Positions 24,965 through 34,078 of a stretch of 42,509 bases of DNA are shown one piece after another. The DNA lies in the IMG/VR virus record IMGVR_UViG_3300010939_000103. One strand, written 5' to 3'. The notes beneath the pieces are model-generated. The model was given only the letters and a program-made list of their open reading frames with translations, had not been told where the DNA came from and searched no databases. The stretch is from a virus. Within the stretch, counting starts at the first letter, position 1, and every line of letters starts with the position of its first letter. The translations under genes and the position numbers were made by a program.

Positions 24965-25486
24965 CTAAGGCTCCGTCAGGCTAGGCAGGCTGGTTGGATG
25001 GCGAGTGGTCTCTCTCGTAAAGATTGGCAACTTGGTGTTACCGTCACTATCCTGTTGGGCGCCAGTAACCATATTGGCCATACGAGTCTGGTCTCTGGAG
25101 GCCTTAAGTAGACCTGTACGAATCCTCTTGAGGGCTCGCTCAAACTCGCGTTGGTACCATCCACGTCGAGACTGTACGGGATTCTCCTCACCAGGCTCCA
25201 GCACAGACTCCGCAGGAACATAGCTCAGGGAGCGAGCCGCTGCACCCATATTGTTAATCCCCTGCAACCACTTCTCCATGTTGACATCATCTGCGGCGCT
25301 TACTGGGACCGTATACCCAGCGGTCTCCAGTTCCATGTTAATCTCAGCACCTATTTCATTTACGGCGAGTTCTACCTGGGCTAAGGAAGGAGTTGAACCG
25401 ACGGTAAAGGTCCTATCGGATACTAGGTCCCCTACCAGGGCCTGCACGCCAACTACCGTACCGTATGCATCTGTATCTATTGCCAT
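24965..25486 (-). CDS. Head-tail adaptor protein
   Basis: 173-aa ORF in the neck module. The assignment is by synteny only. Confidence 0.55.
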   Translation of the reverse strand: MAIDTDAYGTVVGVQALVGDLVSDRTFTVGSTPSLAQVELAVNEIGAEINMELETAGYTVPVSAADDVNMEKWLQGINNMGAAARSLSYVPAESVLEPGEENPVQSRRGWYQREFERALKRIRTGLLKASRDQTRMANMVTGAQQDSDGNTKLPIFTRETTRHPTSLPSLTEP

Positions 25487-25509
25487 GATAAACCTCTAAG
25501 CAAGGTTCT

Positions 25510-25680
25510 TCAATTCCAGCGTCTCCGTCCTGACAAGTTTACCACATTTATACCCTGGTCGTCAAGGTAGTTCTGCCAGGAGATTCCGCAGTCGAGAATT
25601 TTACGCTCAGGGTGACCCTCATCACTACGGTCATAAAGGCGACTGGTTGGAGTCCAAAGTTCCTTAAGCGCTACTGGCAT
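25510..25680 (-). CDS. Possible small ORF (56 aa)
   Basis: The ATG at 25680 is preceded by AGAGG at 6-nt spacing. The ORF fills an otherwise empty 248-nt gap. Confidence 0.35.
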   Translation of the reverse strand: MPVALKELWTPTSRLYDRSDEGHPERKILDCGISWQNYLDDQGINVVNLSGRRRWN

Positions 25681-25734
25681 AGGCTGCCTCTAACACGCAC
25701 CTATCCCGCCTGTCAGGCACCGAAGGTCCATCAG

Positions 25735-26583
25735 CTACCCTTGTGCCACCAAGCCGATTTTGTACAGCCTTGCAATCTGAGAGGCATTTAGCTCCTGCTG
25801 CGTGAAAAAGGGGCCAATTGGCCCGCCAAGCATCCGGCCATCAAAGAATTGCTGTTTCGCTGGCGTGGCGTTGAATCTCGCGGCAAGCCCAAGTGTTGAC
25901 GTACCATTCTCCATCGCTAGGTAGGTTCCACTGTTTGTGGCGGTTGACGCAAGAACAACACCGTTTTGGTAGAGAGTGACGCCATTCATTGCCGACGCGC
26001 CGCCAGAACCATCATAGGTCATTACGAAAAAGGCTAGTTGTCCTTGGGTAATGGCATCATCTGAGGTTCTATTGGCGGTGGTGGGTACGTTATCGTCCCT
26101 GACGAGCAATTCAAGCGTGTCGTTTGTTGTGAGGTAAAAGAGCCATTCCTGAATGGCGTGGTTGTCATCCCATTTGGAAAGAATAACCCGGTTGTTCGCC
26201 GTGTCGGTTATATTGAGCCAAGCCCCCACGCTGAACCCTTCATTGGCTCCATCATTGCGAGTCCAAAAGTCCGCATCGGGGGAATCGGCTTCTTCATCCG
26301 TGCCATTAAATGCGATGTCGGGGAGCCACAACTGATTGTGCCGATGTCGTGGGGGAGTATCAAAAGAGGCCACTCCCTCAGAATAGGTGAACACCAACCC
26401 ATCGCCTGCACCTTGACCCACAGTGGTGACTTGCGTGCGTCCAGCGTTCTCGTGGTTCCGGTCGCCGAGAGGAACGATGGCATAGGCCGTGCCGCCCGAG
26501 CCGAGTATGGCCCTAATTTCCCGGAGGGTATTGGTGCGGCTGTGAGCGCCTTGTAGGCTGGGACGCCGGATTAGGCTAACCAT
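25735..26583 (-). CDS. LamG (concanavalin A-like lectin) domain virion protein
   Basis: 282 aa. FSVGAWLN...ILSKWD...EWLFYL...LAFFVMTYDG...LYQNGVV...FFDGRMLGGPIG...LNASQIARLYKIG follows the Laminin_G_3 pattern. Confidence 0.72.
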   Translation of the reverse strand: MVSLIRRPSLQGAHSRTNTLREIRAILGSGGTAYAIVPLGDRNHENAGRTQVTTVGQGAGDGLVFTYSEGVASFDTPPRHRHNQLWLPDIAFNGTDEEADSPDADFWTRNDGANEGFSVGAWLNITDTANNRVILSKWDDNHAIQEWLFYLTTNDTLELLVRDDNVPTTANRTSDDAITQGQLAFFVMTYDGSGGASAMNGVTLYQNGVVLASTATNSGTYLAMENGTSTLGLAARFNATPAKQQFFDGRMLGGPIGPFFTQQELNASQIARLYKIGLVAQG

Positions 26584-26602
26584 AGCTAACCACCTTAGTC
26601 CG

Positions 26603-27127
26603 TTAGTCCGGCTCGGTGGTCAGCACCACAGTCATGTCGTCGGTAGGCGTCTGGGTAAAGATGTCGGCGGTGACCAGGATGCCGATGAGGTCATTAGCAC
26701 CGCTGGCGCACTCAAATCGTAGAGGTAGTTCACCTGCCGTGGAGGGCGTAACAATGGCCTCAGAGTCACCGTTCAGTTCAGCTAGGGCGGGAAACTCAAT
26801 CTTGCCCACGTAGTTGGCCAGGTCGACATGGAGCAAGGCCGTGTTCTGCACGTTGTCATTCAACTCGCTGGTAGGGGCTGTGTGGAACAGGAATAGGGTT
26901 AGCTGCGGGACGATGTTGTTGGTTTCACTGATTACCTGGGCCTTGACGATGTAGCCTTTACCCGCGTTGGCAGGGACCACGGCAGCAAATGTCCATACTG
27001 TCCCAGTAGTAGCGTGTTCGGACAGCACGTCCTCGGCTGCGTAGGCGGCGGGTGCGGCTAGAGCTTTGGTGACCGATACCCTTACCGCCCTACGGGTCTT
27101 TTGGTAGAGGTCAAGCCTAGCTGACAT
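26603..27127 (-). CDS. Hypothetical virion protein
   Basis: 174-aa ORF preceded by GAGGAGG. Confidence 0.62.
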   Translation of the reverse strand: MSARLDLYQKTRRAVRVSVTKALAAPAAYAAEDVLSEHATTGTVWTFAAVVPANAGKGYIVKAQVISETNNIVPQLTLFLFHTAPTSELNDNVQNTALLHVDLANYVGKIEFPALAELNGDSEAIVTPSTAGELPLRFECASGANDLIGILVTADIFTQTPTDDMTVVLTTEPD

Positions 27128-27133
27128 TGGATA

Positions 27134-27286
27134 CTATGCCTCCTCATTGTAGGCTAGGTTTCGTCCTCGGACTTCTCTGATTCCTGCGGCAAGCTCTACC
27201 GCTATACCAGAGAGTGCCGCCAGGTTGAAGAAGGCTATGCGGTAGATTTTAAGGTTCCTCCGAACTAGGGCCAGTCTACTGGTCAT
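27134..27286 (-). CDS. Possible small ORF (50 aa)
   Basis: It fills the 27128-27289 gap. The translation is MTSRLALVRRNLKIYRIAFFNLAALSGIAVELAAG.... The RBS is weak. Confidence 0.3.
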   Translation of the reverse strand: MTSRLALVRRNLKIYRIAFFNLAALSGIAVELAAGIREVRGRNLAYNEEA

Positions 27287-27289
27287 GGT

Positions 27290-27697
27290 TTAACCTACCC
27301 CATATACAAAGTAGGCTTCGCTACCCACTGTTACGTTGGTAACAATAACCAGGAACAGCCTAATAACGTTTTGGGCTACTGTTAGGGTACCGTCAGCAGT
27401 TCCACCGGACCCAGCAGCCATAGTTATGGTGTTGGCGCCGCCAGACTTATTGTTAACCGCGAACTGAAAGCTATCACCTACGGCAGGCAGCTTCATGCCA
27501 CCAACCAATAGGGCTGCTGTAGGTAATGTATAAGTTGCGGCAGCCGTGGGGGTACCATCTATGACTTTGGTTAGAAGCTCCGCTATCGTTAAAGTCACAG
27601 TACCCACTTTGGCCGTCTGCGTCATTGTCTCGACCTGGGCGTCTTTGACCTTAAGGCCCCCTAAGACCCTAGTTCCCTCATCCCGTTGTGTAACCAT
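27290..27697 (-). CDS. Hypothetical virion protein (Thr/Ala/Gly-rich beta-type)
   Basis: 135-aa ORF in the head module. Confidence 0.62.
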   Translation of the reverse strand: MVTQRDEGTRVLGGLKVKDAQVETMTQTAKVGTVTLTIAELLTKVIDGTPTAAATYTLPTAALLVGGMKLPAVGDSFQFAVNNKSGGANTITMAAGSGGTADGTLTVAQNVIRLFLVIVTNVTVGSEAYFVYGVG

Positions 27698-27700
27698 GAT

Positions 27701-27916
27701 TTATTCCTCCCTAGAGGTACTGGCCTGTAGGCCTTTACGGGGAGAAGCTACCTCAACCTTTTCTACGTGGTTAAAGTTCTTAAGCACAAACTCCCCCACT
27801 TCGTCAGGAACCTCAGTACCACTATCCTCTAAACTTATCGTGTAGACGGTCTTGGAGTCATCCTTGTTCCTGTAGCCAAAGGCTAAGGCTTTACCATTCG
27901 TAGCCCTAACTCGCAT
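27701..27916 (-). CDS. Hypothetical protein
   Basis: The ATG at 27916 overlaps the end of the upstream ORF. The track start at 27955 gives a longer overlap. Confidence 0.5.
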   Translation of the reverse strand: MRVRATNGKALAFGYRNKDDSKTVYTISLEDSGTEVPDEVGEFVLKNFNHVEKVEVASPRKGLQASTSREE

Positions 27917-28118
27917 TTTCAGATTTCCCCTTACCCCCATCTGGAGGAGTATCAATTGGGACGATATAGCGACCTGCCATCATCCCGTTAAGCCTCGGAT
28001 GGTTCTGAGGCATCACGATGCGGTCACCACGTTCGTAGTGAGCACCTCCCCAATCGAAGGGCCTGCGTACAAGGAACCACTGTTCACCAGCTTCATTCGT
28101 TGGCTTTGCTAGCACCAT
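27906..28118 (-). CDS. Hypothetical protein
   Basis: 70-aa ORF directly downstream of the capsid gene. Confidence 0.55.
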   Translation of the reverse strand: MVLAKPTNEAGEQWFLVRRPFDWGGAHYERGDRIVMPQNHPRLNGMMAGRYIVPIDTPPDGGKGKSENAS

Positions 28119-28128
28119 AATGGCTCCT

Positions 28129-29082
28129 TTAGGCTACGGCTGCCGCGAAGAAGTATCCACACTCCTTGGCTACAATTATCTGGTCGAAGGCGTGCTTGGC
28201 CTTGAGCAGGTCGCGGTCCCTATTATCCTCACGGATACGCTGGACTTGAACGGCCAGTTCGCCACCATCAATGTTCCAGACGAACGTGTATCCTCCTGAA
28301 GGAACCATGAGGCCAGGAGAAGGCGGAGTATAGAGTAGCAAAGCACTCTTGCCCCACATGTACTCACCGACGAACGTGGCACCTTCTTTCGCACTGTTGT
28401 CGATGGCGGAGCCAACCAGAACGCTCTTTACCCCCAAGACACCAGCTACTTGTTCCTCCGTTAGGATAGGTACCTGGGTGTACTTGTACTTGTCAAGGAG
28501 TAGTGGATGCTCCTTCAGTGTGTCAAATACTTCCTGACCCATGGTGAGGGCTAGGTCCTTCTGCCTCAGTCCAGTGCTCTTCTGGATTGTTTGCCCAGCA
28601 GTCTGGAGGTCGGCGATTGGGTCAGAATTGGCGTAGTCACTCCATTGGTCAGTCCCTGCAAGGGTCTTATCTGTACCCCAAACCGTGGTCTTGAAGTGGT
28701 CCGCCACGAATAGGGCCTCACGGTTCAGCATGAACTGGTCCGCTAGCCACTCAGCACCAGCCCTCTCTGGGTCCGCCGCGGCATCGGCGTTCTTGAGGAC
28801 CTCATCCGGGAGTGGAAATGCCAGGTGATGGATGAGGGCCTGGTAAGCAGTACTGGAGATTTCCAGAGAGCCCTCAGGGTAGCTATCACCCGGGGTCCTT
28901 TGCTGGACATAGTTGCGGAACCAGAAATCCTTGGTCCAGGTGAAATACTTGTCGGACTGCTTTGGCACCTGGATGATGGGAAACATCCTGTCCGCTATAT
29001 AACCCTGGTTCTTGAAGGCGATGCTGATTTGGGATAGCGCAGCATCGATATGTACATCACTTGCAGTTGGGCTTGCCATCAA
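28129..29082 (-). CDS. Major capsid protein (lambda gpE-like family)
   Basis: 317 aa. ALSQISIAFKNQGYIADRMFPIIQVPKQSDKYFTWTKDFWFRN is a typical N-terminal signature of the Phage_cap_E family. The gene follows the decoration and scaffold genes. Confidence 0.9.
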   Translation of the reverse strand: MMASPTASDVHIDAALSQISIAFKNQGYIADRMFPIIQVPKQSDKYFTWTKDFWFRNYVQQRTPGDSYPEGSLEISSTAYQALIHHLAFPLPDEVLKNADAAADPERAGAEWLADQFMLNREALFVADHFKTTVWGTDKTLAGTDQWSDYANSDPIADLQTAGQTIQKSTGLRQKDLALTMGQEVFDTLKEHPLLLDKYKYTQVPILTEEQVAGVLGVKSVLVGSAIDNSAKEGATFVGEYMWGKSALLLYTPPSPGLMVPSGGYTFVWNIDGGELAVQVQRIREDNRDRDLLKAKHAFDQIIVAKECGYFFAAAVA

Positions 29083-29109
29083 TTACCTCCTAAAGGTTGA
29101 TGCTAACGC

Positions 29110-29508
29110 CTACGTGCCCTCGGCTAGGCCTAGGCTCAGGACCATCTCGATGATTTCGTCGGCTGCTCCGCCAAGGGTTACTTGCCCTGCGATATGCGCA
29201 TCTGTGTCCGTCCCCTTCACGTGAATCATGGCCTTGCCATCGCTATGGAAGCGTACCGTATCACCTACAGCCAGTGTTTCACCAGCGATAGCCTTGACTA
29301 GACCCATGACCATCACCTCGGCATCCTCAGCAGCCTTAGGCTTGTTCATAAGGACCCCGATTGGTAGGTCACCCGTGGCTGCCATAAGTATTACGGTGCG
29401 GTCAGCAGAGAGCTTCACTCCGTAGTATTGCTTGGCGCTGAGGTCGTTCGTGGAAGTGAACGACATGGTGAGAACGGGCTTGTTACTTGGACCTTTTGCA
29501 ACTGCCAC
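29110..29508 (-). CDS. Head decoration protein (DUF2190-like)
   Basis: 132 aa. The GDLPIGVLMNKP...GETLAVGDTV pattern and the position just upstream of the capsid gene support the call. Confidence 0.68.
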   Translation of the reverse strand: MAVAKGPSNKPVLTMSFTSTNDLSAKQYYGVKLSADRTVILMAATGDLPIGVLMNKPKAAEDAEVMVMGLVKAIAGETLAVGDTVRFHSDGKAMIHVKGTDTDAHIAGQVTLGGAADEIIEMVLSLGLAEGT

Positions 29509-29539
29509 TGTTTCCTCCTTACCGGATGATTAGCGGTAC

Positions 29540-32416
29540 CTAGGCCTTGGTAGGCTCTCCCTTCACAAGGTCACTGTAGTCATTCCAGAGGTCGGGCTTA
29601 TCCTTGCGGACGTGCTCATAGGCCTGTGTGAAGGTAGTATCCTTGTTCTCCTCCTGATATTTCTTGACCTCCCCCATGAAGGTGCCCTCGTCAGTGGCAT
29701 TTCCATTGGAAAGACTCGCAGAGAAGATGCCTAGAGACTTAGCCTTCACATCGGTCTCCTTCCAGGCCTTGAGGATATCCTCAGCGGTTTCTGTACCCGC
29801 AGACTCCTCCATCTTCACCAGCTTATTCGCAAGCTCGGTCGGAGTACCTGGAATGGCTTTGATTCCAGTCACCTCCTCACGATAGTGGCTAACGCGCGAG
29901 TTGTGTTTGAGAATCTTGTTCTCTTCCTCAACCGCCTTTAGCCTAGTATTGACCTCCGCGAAGCTAGAGCCGCCCTGACCGCTGGTTAGCTTGGTCACCG
30001 CGGCCACCACATCGCTCTCGGAGGCGCTCTCATGGAGCCCAAGAACCTTGGTCAGTTCGCCTTTCATCTGTTCCTCCTCTTTACTTACACTGCTTACACT
30101 GGTTCGTGAGGCGCTCTTGATGGTCTCGCCTTCCTTCAAACTTCCTTTAGCGGACTCTTTGGCCTCCTCCTCCGTATCGCCACTCACATGAAGAGCCCTG
30201 CCCTCACTGGTCACAACTGTCCAGGTACCATGCTCGTCGAATTTCGCCATGAGTGCCTTGGCCTCCTCCTGGAAGGGAATTGATGGGTCAATGCTACGGA
30301 TGAACCTAATAGCCTTAGCGATAAGGCTCTTCTCGTCCTCCTGCTCGATATCCACCTGGGCGACCATCCCTAGGGCCTGACCTGGGTTAATAGCGCCATC
30401 CGTGAGAGAGCCAAGAATTTCCTTCAAGGCCCTGCGGGTCTGCTCGACTTCAAAGTTAAGTGGCTTTTTCATATACTCCTCAAACTCCTGAAGGAGCACA
30501 TTGGCGTCCTCCGGGTGGGGAGGCTCGGATGGGTCCCTTCTACGGAGGAATCTGATAACCTTATGGGCGAGGGTTTCTTCCTCATCAGTCTCAATACCCT
30601 CACGTACCTCCCCAATCTGGCGCAGAGCCTGAGACTGTGAAATGGCCCCATTGGCAACTGCCACTATGATTGCGTTCAGCGCTTGTCGGGTCTGTTCTAT
30701 CCCGAAGTTGGCACTCAACTTAGAATCCTCCTCAAACCACTTGAGCCTGCCAACTACACCGCCAACATTCAGCAGAGGCTTACCACTAAGGAGCCTCCTA
30801 CCTAGCACCACGCCTGCTATGGTACCTAGAACGGTACCCAGAGGCCCAGTAGCACTTAGGAGGAAGTTCTCCGTAACCCTTAGCCCTATTCGTCCAGCAG
30901 AAACCTCATCAGGAGCAGATACGGTGGCGATGATTCTACGGTTACGCCCTGGGTCATTGATAGGTACATCCCAGACCTTATGCCCGTCCTTTTTACCTTC
31001 AGCGGTAGCCTCAGGCATAGGAATGTGAATCTGGCCTGATTCATTGAACTTGTAGAACTTGGGAGGAGTATGGACCTTGGCCTCAAAGAGAAGCATAGCG
31101 GGCTTAGTGCCATCCTCAAGGAGGGTAGCCTCCTGTAATGGTGCGAGGTCCTTGAGAGCAGGCCTCTGACCGCCTAGCAGCGCTATCCCACTAATGACAG
31201 GGCCATCATCCTGGTGAAGAATCTCCAGGGAGACGGAATTGAAGAACTCGTCCTCAACGAGACTGGCAACCTTCTCGTGGAGTTCCATATCCACGGTAAG
31301 TTTGTCGCCATTGAAGTTGACGCCTGAAACCTGGCCAAGTCTCGCCATGCCTGTGCCGCCATCGCCCTGTAACACCTCCATAGGAAGTCCCAACGCTTTG
31401 GCTATGGCATCGTTGTGCTCTGGGGAACTATGGCCTAGCTTGACAGGGACATCACCTGGTATGCCCTTAGCGAAGGCGCCTACCATGTAATTCATTTCAT
31501 CGTGGGTCCAGTTGCGGGAATTTCCCTGGGAGTCAATGTGGGTGCCTGGGGAGAAGGCCTCAACGCCCATGACAAAGCGTTTCTTGGCCACAGCACCTTG
31601 CTCGAAGAGGGACTCATTGAAGGACCTTCGGCTCTTGGCGATTGCCTTAATGACGGTTGGCGCCGCTCCAATAGCTACTCCTGCAGCTACGGATGCTTTC
31701 GCGCCTAAGCCTAAAAGCCCTTTACCCGTTGCAAGCCTTTTTAGGGCCCCAGAACCCCCCGACCCCGCAATAGAGGCCTTAAAGGGAGGTGTTAACTTCG
31801 TCTTGCCTGCCCGCTTAATGGCCTCCGCCTTAGCATCATCTTCGGAGTCGGCAGAAATCCTGAGCACTATAGCATGGCCCTTAGCACCGTGGACACGGAC
31901 CTTAAAGGTCTCCTTCTTGGACTCCTTCCCTTTCTTCCCTCCCCCAACCTTTCTCTCAATCGCACGAGAAGCCCGACGGAACCTCTCTTGGTCCTCCTTT
32001 GGCAGGTCCTTGAGCCCTATCGTTCTTATCTCGCCACTAGGCAACCTGACCCTAACCGTGGGTTCATCCTGGAAGTCCTCTTCATCCTCGTCGTCGGAGA
32101 GTTCCTCCACCACAGGCTCATCATCCTCATCAAAGTCAGTGTGAAGGACATCAAATACGAGGTCTAGCGCCTCATCCGTGAAAAACTCAGGGTCAATACC
32201 ACCAAGAGCCACCTCCACGTCGGAGGCAGCCTCTTCGGACATTTCCTGAGGGAACTTCCCGGTAATCTTCTTATGGGTAGCAGCGCAGTAGCCCTCAGGA
32301 CTATCTTTGTCCTTATTAGCAGCTACACAGGCGGCAAAGTCTTTGTAGGGTCCAAAAGGCACGCTTGCTCCCTTACCCATGGCGGTAGGTATGTGGACAT
32401 CACTTAAATCTACCAT
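29540..32416 (-). CDS. Head maturation protease / scaffold polyprotein (Mu gpI-like protease core, C-terminal coiled coil)
   Basis: 958 aa. The N-terminus carries YKDFAACVAANKDKDSPEGYCAATHKKITG. The mid part FSPGTHIDSQGNSRNWTHDEMNYMV...PVKLGHSS...ARLGQVSGVNFNGDKL...FFNSVSLEI fits the Mu-I-type prohead protease pattern. An internal ~80-aa tandem repeat and a Lys/Glu-rich helical C-terminus follow. Confidence 0.75.
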   Translation of the reverse strand: MVDLSDVHIPTAMGKGASVPFGPYKDFAACVAANKDKDSPEGYCAATHKKITGKFPQEMSEEAASDVEVALGGIDPEFFTDEALDLVFDVLHTDFDEDDEPVVEELSDDEDEEDFQDEPTVRVRLPSGEIRTIGLKDLPKEDQERFRRASRAIERKVGGGKKGKESKKETFKVRVHGAKGHAIVLRISADSEDDAKAEAIKRAGKTKLTPPFKASIAGSGGSGALKRLATGKGLLGLGAKASVAAGVAIGAAPTVIKAIAKSRRSFNESLFEQGAVAKKRFVMGVEAFSPGTHIDSQGNSRNWTHDEMNYMVGAFAKGIPGDVPVKLGHSSPEHNDAIAKALGLPMEVLQGDGGTGMARLGQVSGVNFNGDKLTVDMELHEKVASLVEDEFFNSVSLEILHQDDGPVISGIALLGGQRPALKDLAPLQEATLLEDGTKPAMLLFEAKVHTPPKFYKFNESGQIHIPMPEATAEGKKDGHKVWDVPINDPGRNRRIIATVSAPDEVSAGRIGLRVTENFLLSATGPLGTVLGTIAGVVLGRRLLSGKPLLNVGGVVGRLKWFEEDSKLSANFGIEQTRQALNAIIVAVANGAISQSQALRQIGEVREGIETDEEETLAHKVIRFLRRRDPSEPPHPEDANVLLQEFEEYMKKPLNFEVEQTRRALKEILGSLTDGAINPGQALGMVAQVDIEQEDEKSLIAKAIRFIRSIDPSIPFQEEAKALMAKFDEHGTWTVVTSEGRALHVSGDTEEEAKESAKGSLKEGETIKSASRTSVSSVSKEEEQMKGELTKVLGLHESASESDVVAAVTKLTSGQGGSSFAEVNTRLKAVEEENKILKHNSRVSHYREEVTGIKAIPGTPTELANKLVKMEESAGTETAEDILKAWKETDVKAKSLGIFSASLSNGNATDEGTFMGEVKKYQEENKDTTFTQAYEHVRKDKPDLWNDYSDLVKGEPTKA

Positions 32417-32448
32417 AGCCGCCCTCTGACGTAAGAATAGACCATTTG

Positions 32449-32703
32449 CTAACCTCTGTCAACCAGTTTGATTCCCTGGATATAACGTTGCAGTCGCTCG
32501 GACACGTATTTGGGAGCAAGGTTCACGTTAGAGGCTATTTCTTCTATGGTTGAGCCATTGATAGAGAGCTTGTAGATGGTTTGGTCCCGCAGGTATGCAC
32601 GGAAGCTCCTAGCATCATTAAATTCCAAGCTGCACCTGGAAAATGGACAGGTATCGCAGTTGTCATGGAACTCGCAGCCATTCCTAAGAGATAGGACTCC
32701 CAC
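32449..32703 (-). CDS. Cys4 + helix-turn-helix small protein
   Basis: 84 aa. The cysteine pattern is C10-x5-C16-x2-C19-x4-C24. The HTH-like segment is STIEEIASNVNLAPKYVSERLQRY. It overlaps the portal 3' end by 20 nt. Confidence 0.6.
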   Translation of the reverse strand: MGVLSLRNGCEFHDNCDTCPFSRCSLEFNDARSFRAYLRDQTIYKLSINGSTIEEIASNVNLAPKYVSERLQRYIQGIKLVDRG

Positions 32704-34078
32704 TAGGGCCTCCTGGAGGTGGCTCCTGTGGGCTAGGTTCAGGTGCGGGTTGCGTTTCTGTCCCTACAGCACCAGGCTGTATGCCCTGGTTGCCTAGACC
32801 AGCCTCCTGCTTACGTAGGGCTAGTTCAGCGTTCCGCTGTAGTAGCTCATCACTAATCGGTGGCAGGTCTAGCTCAATCCTAATCATCCTCTCGATAGTG
32901 GGGTCAGGCGTCAAGAGGTTATTGGCTATAAGGACCTGATAGGCCTGTGCCAGGGTCTGGAGATTGCGCCTGGCGGGATTAAGCCATGCTAGCACGGGCC
33001 TTTTGTCCTCTGGAAGGCCGTTAAAGTCAAAGAGGTATGGGATTAGCTGTCGGTTCCACACCTCAAGCATTCTCCTCTGAATGGACCGAAGCGCAGCACC
33101 AAAGAACGTGGTCATTTCACGGGCGAGCGCCTGGGAGCCTATATTCTCAGAGCCAAGGGCCAGGAAGTCAGCGAAAAACCTTTGACGGATGGTATGCTGC
33201 CAGTCGCGGATAATGGCCCTTAGATTATAGGCCTTGGAGCTGCTGCGATATGCCTCTATTTTGAGTTCGTTAGGTAAAATCAAGTACGAGGATTCATCCA
33301 TCCTCAGGCCCTCTAAGGTATCCTTCAAGGCGGTAAGCTCTGCGGTGGTATAGAAGCCAGGCCCAAGAGTGGCAATTGGTACGTTTCCAACATCGCGCTC
33401 GGCGCCAATAGCCTCTATGACCTCTAGGTTGGACTTGAAGTACCATGGCCTGTAGAGGCTCCTAAAGAGGGACTTGCCCATAGGGTCCCGTTTACGTGGC
33501 CTAAACGTAAAGTGGAGAAGTTTCTCCATGGGGGCCTCACGAACAAAGGTCTCGCGAACAACCCTCTGTTTGAAGCTCTTAGGCCTACCAAGGTCATCTA
33601 GCTCCCCCCACTCATATAGGGTCTCCTGGCCAACAGGCAGCAACGTTGCTATATGAATCTTTCCATCGCTTCGCTTCTCCATAACCTTTTCAGCCAGAGC
33701 GAAGCCAAAGTCCAAGAACTCCAACATATCGTCAATGTGCTCACCCCAAGGGAAGGTATGGTTGTTAAAGAGGTCCTTCTGCAAAAAGTCAGCGGCACTC
33801 TGAGCCTCGTCAGAGTCATCAGCGGCTCTGACCTCGAAAGGAGCTGCCATCATAGGAGTCTTGATAGCCTCCATCATGGCACCAATAACAGCGTCATCCT
33901 GCATCTGGCGATAGACGTTAAAGGTCTTTTGCCAGAACTTTAGCTCATTGAGGTACTCCTCAGTAACGCGGCCATGCCAAATGGAAAGGCCTGTTCCCAA
34001 TAAGGCCTCATTTCGTTCCGTGTCCTTGGTACCAGCAAAATCCTCTACTTTGGCCTCTGGTCCGTTTTGGCTAGTCAT
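32684..34078 (-). CDS. Portal protein (Mu gp29/DUF935-like)
   Basis: 464 aa, directly downstream of TerL. WQKTFNVYRQMQDDAVIGAMMEAIKTPMMAAPFEV is a portal-type N-region. Confidence 0.85.
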   Translation of the reverse strand: MTSQNGPEAKVEDFAGTKDTERNEALLGTGLSIWHGRVTEEYLNELKFWQKTFNVYRQMQDDAVIGAMMEAIKTPMMAAPFEVRAADDSDEAQSAADFLQKDLFNNHTFPWGEHIDDMLEFLDFGFALAEKVMEKRSDGKIHIATLLPVGQETLYEWGELDDLGRPKSFKQRVVRETFVREAPMEKLLHFTFRPRKRDPMGKSLFRSLYRPWYFKSNLEVIEAIGAERDVGNVPIATLGPGFYTTAELTALKDTLEGLRMDESSYLILPNELKIEAYRSSSKAYNLRAIIRDWQHTIRQRFFADFLALGSENIGSQALAREMTTFFGAALRSIQRRMLEVWNRQLIPYLFDFNGLPEDKRPVLAWLNPARRNLQTLAQAYQVLIANNLLTPDPTIERMIRIELDLPPISDELLQRNAELALRKQEAGLGNQGIQPGAVGTETQPAPEPSPQEPPPGGPSGSPIS

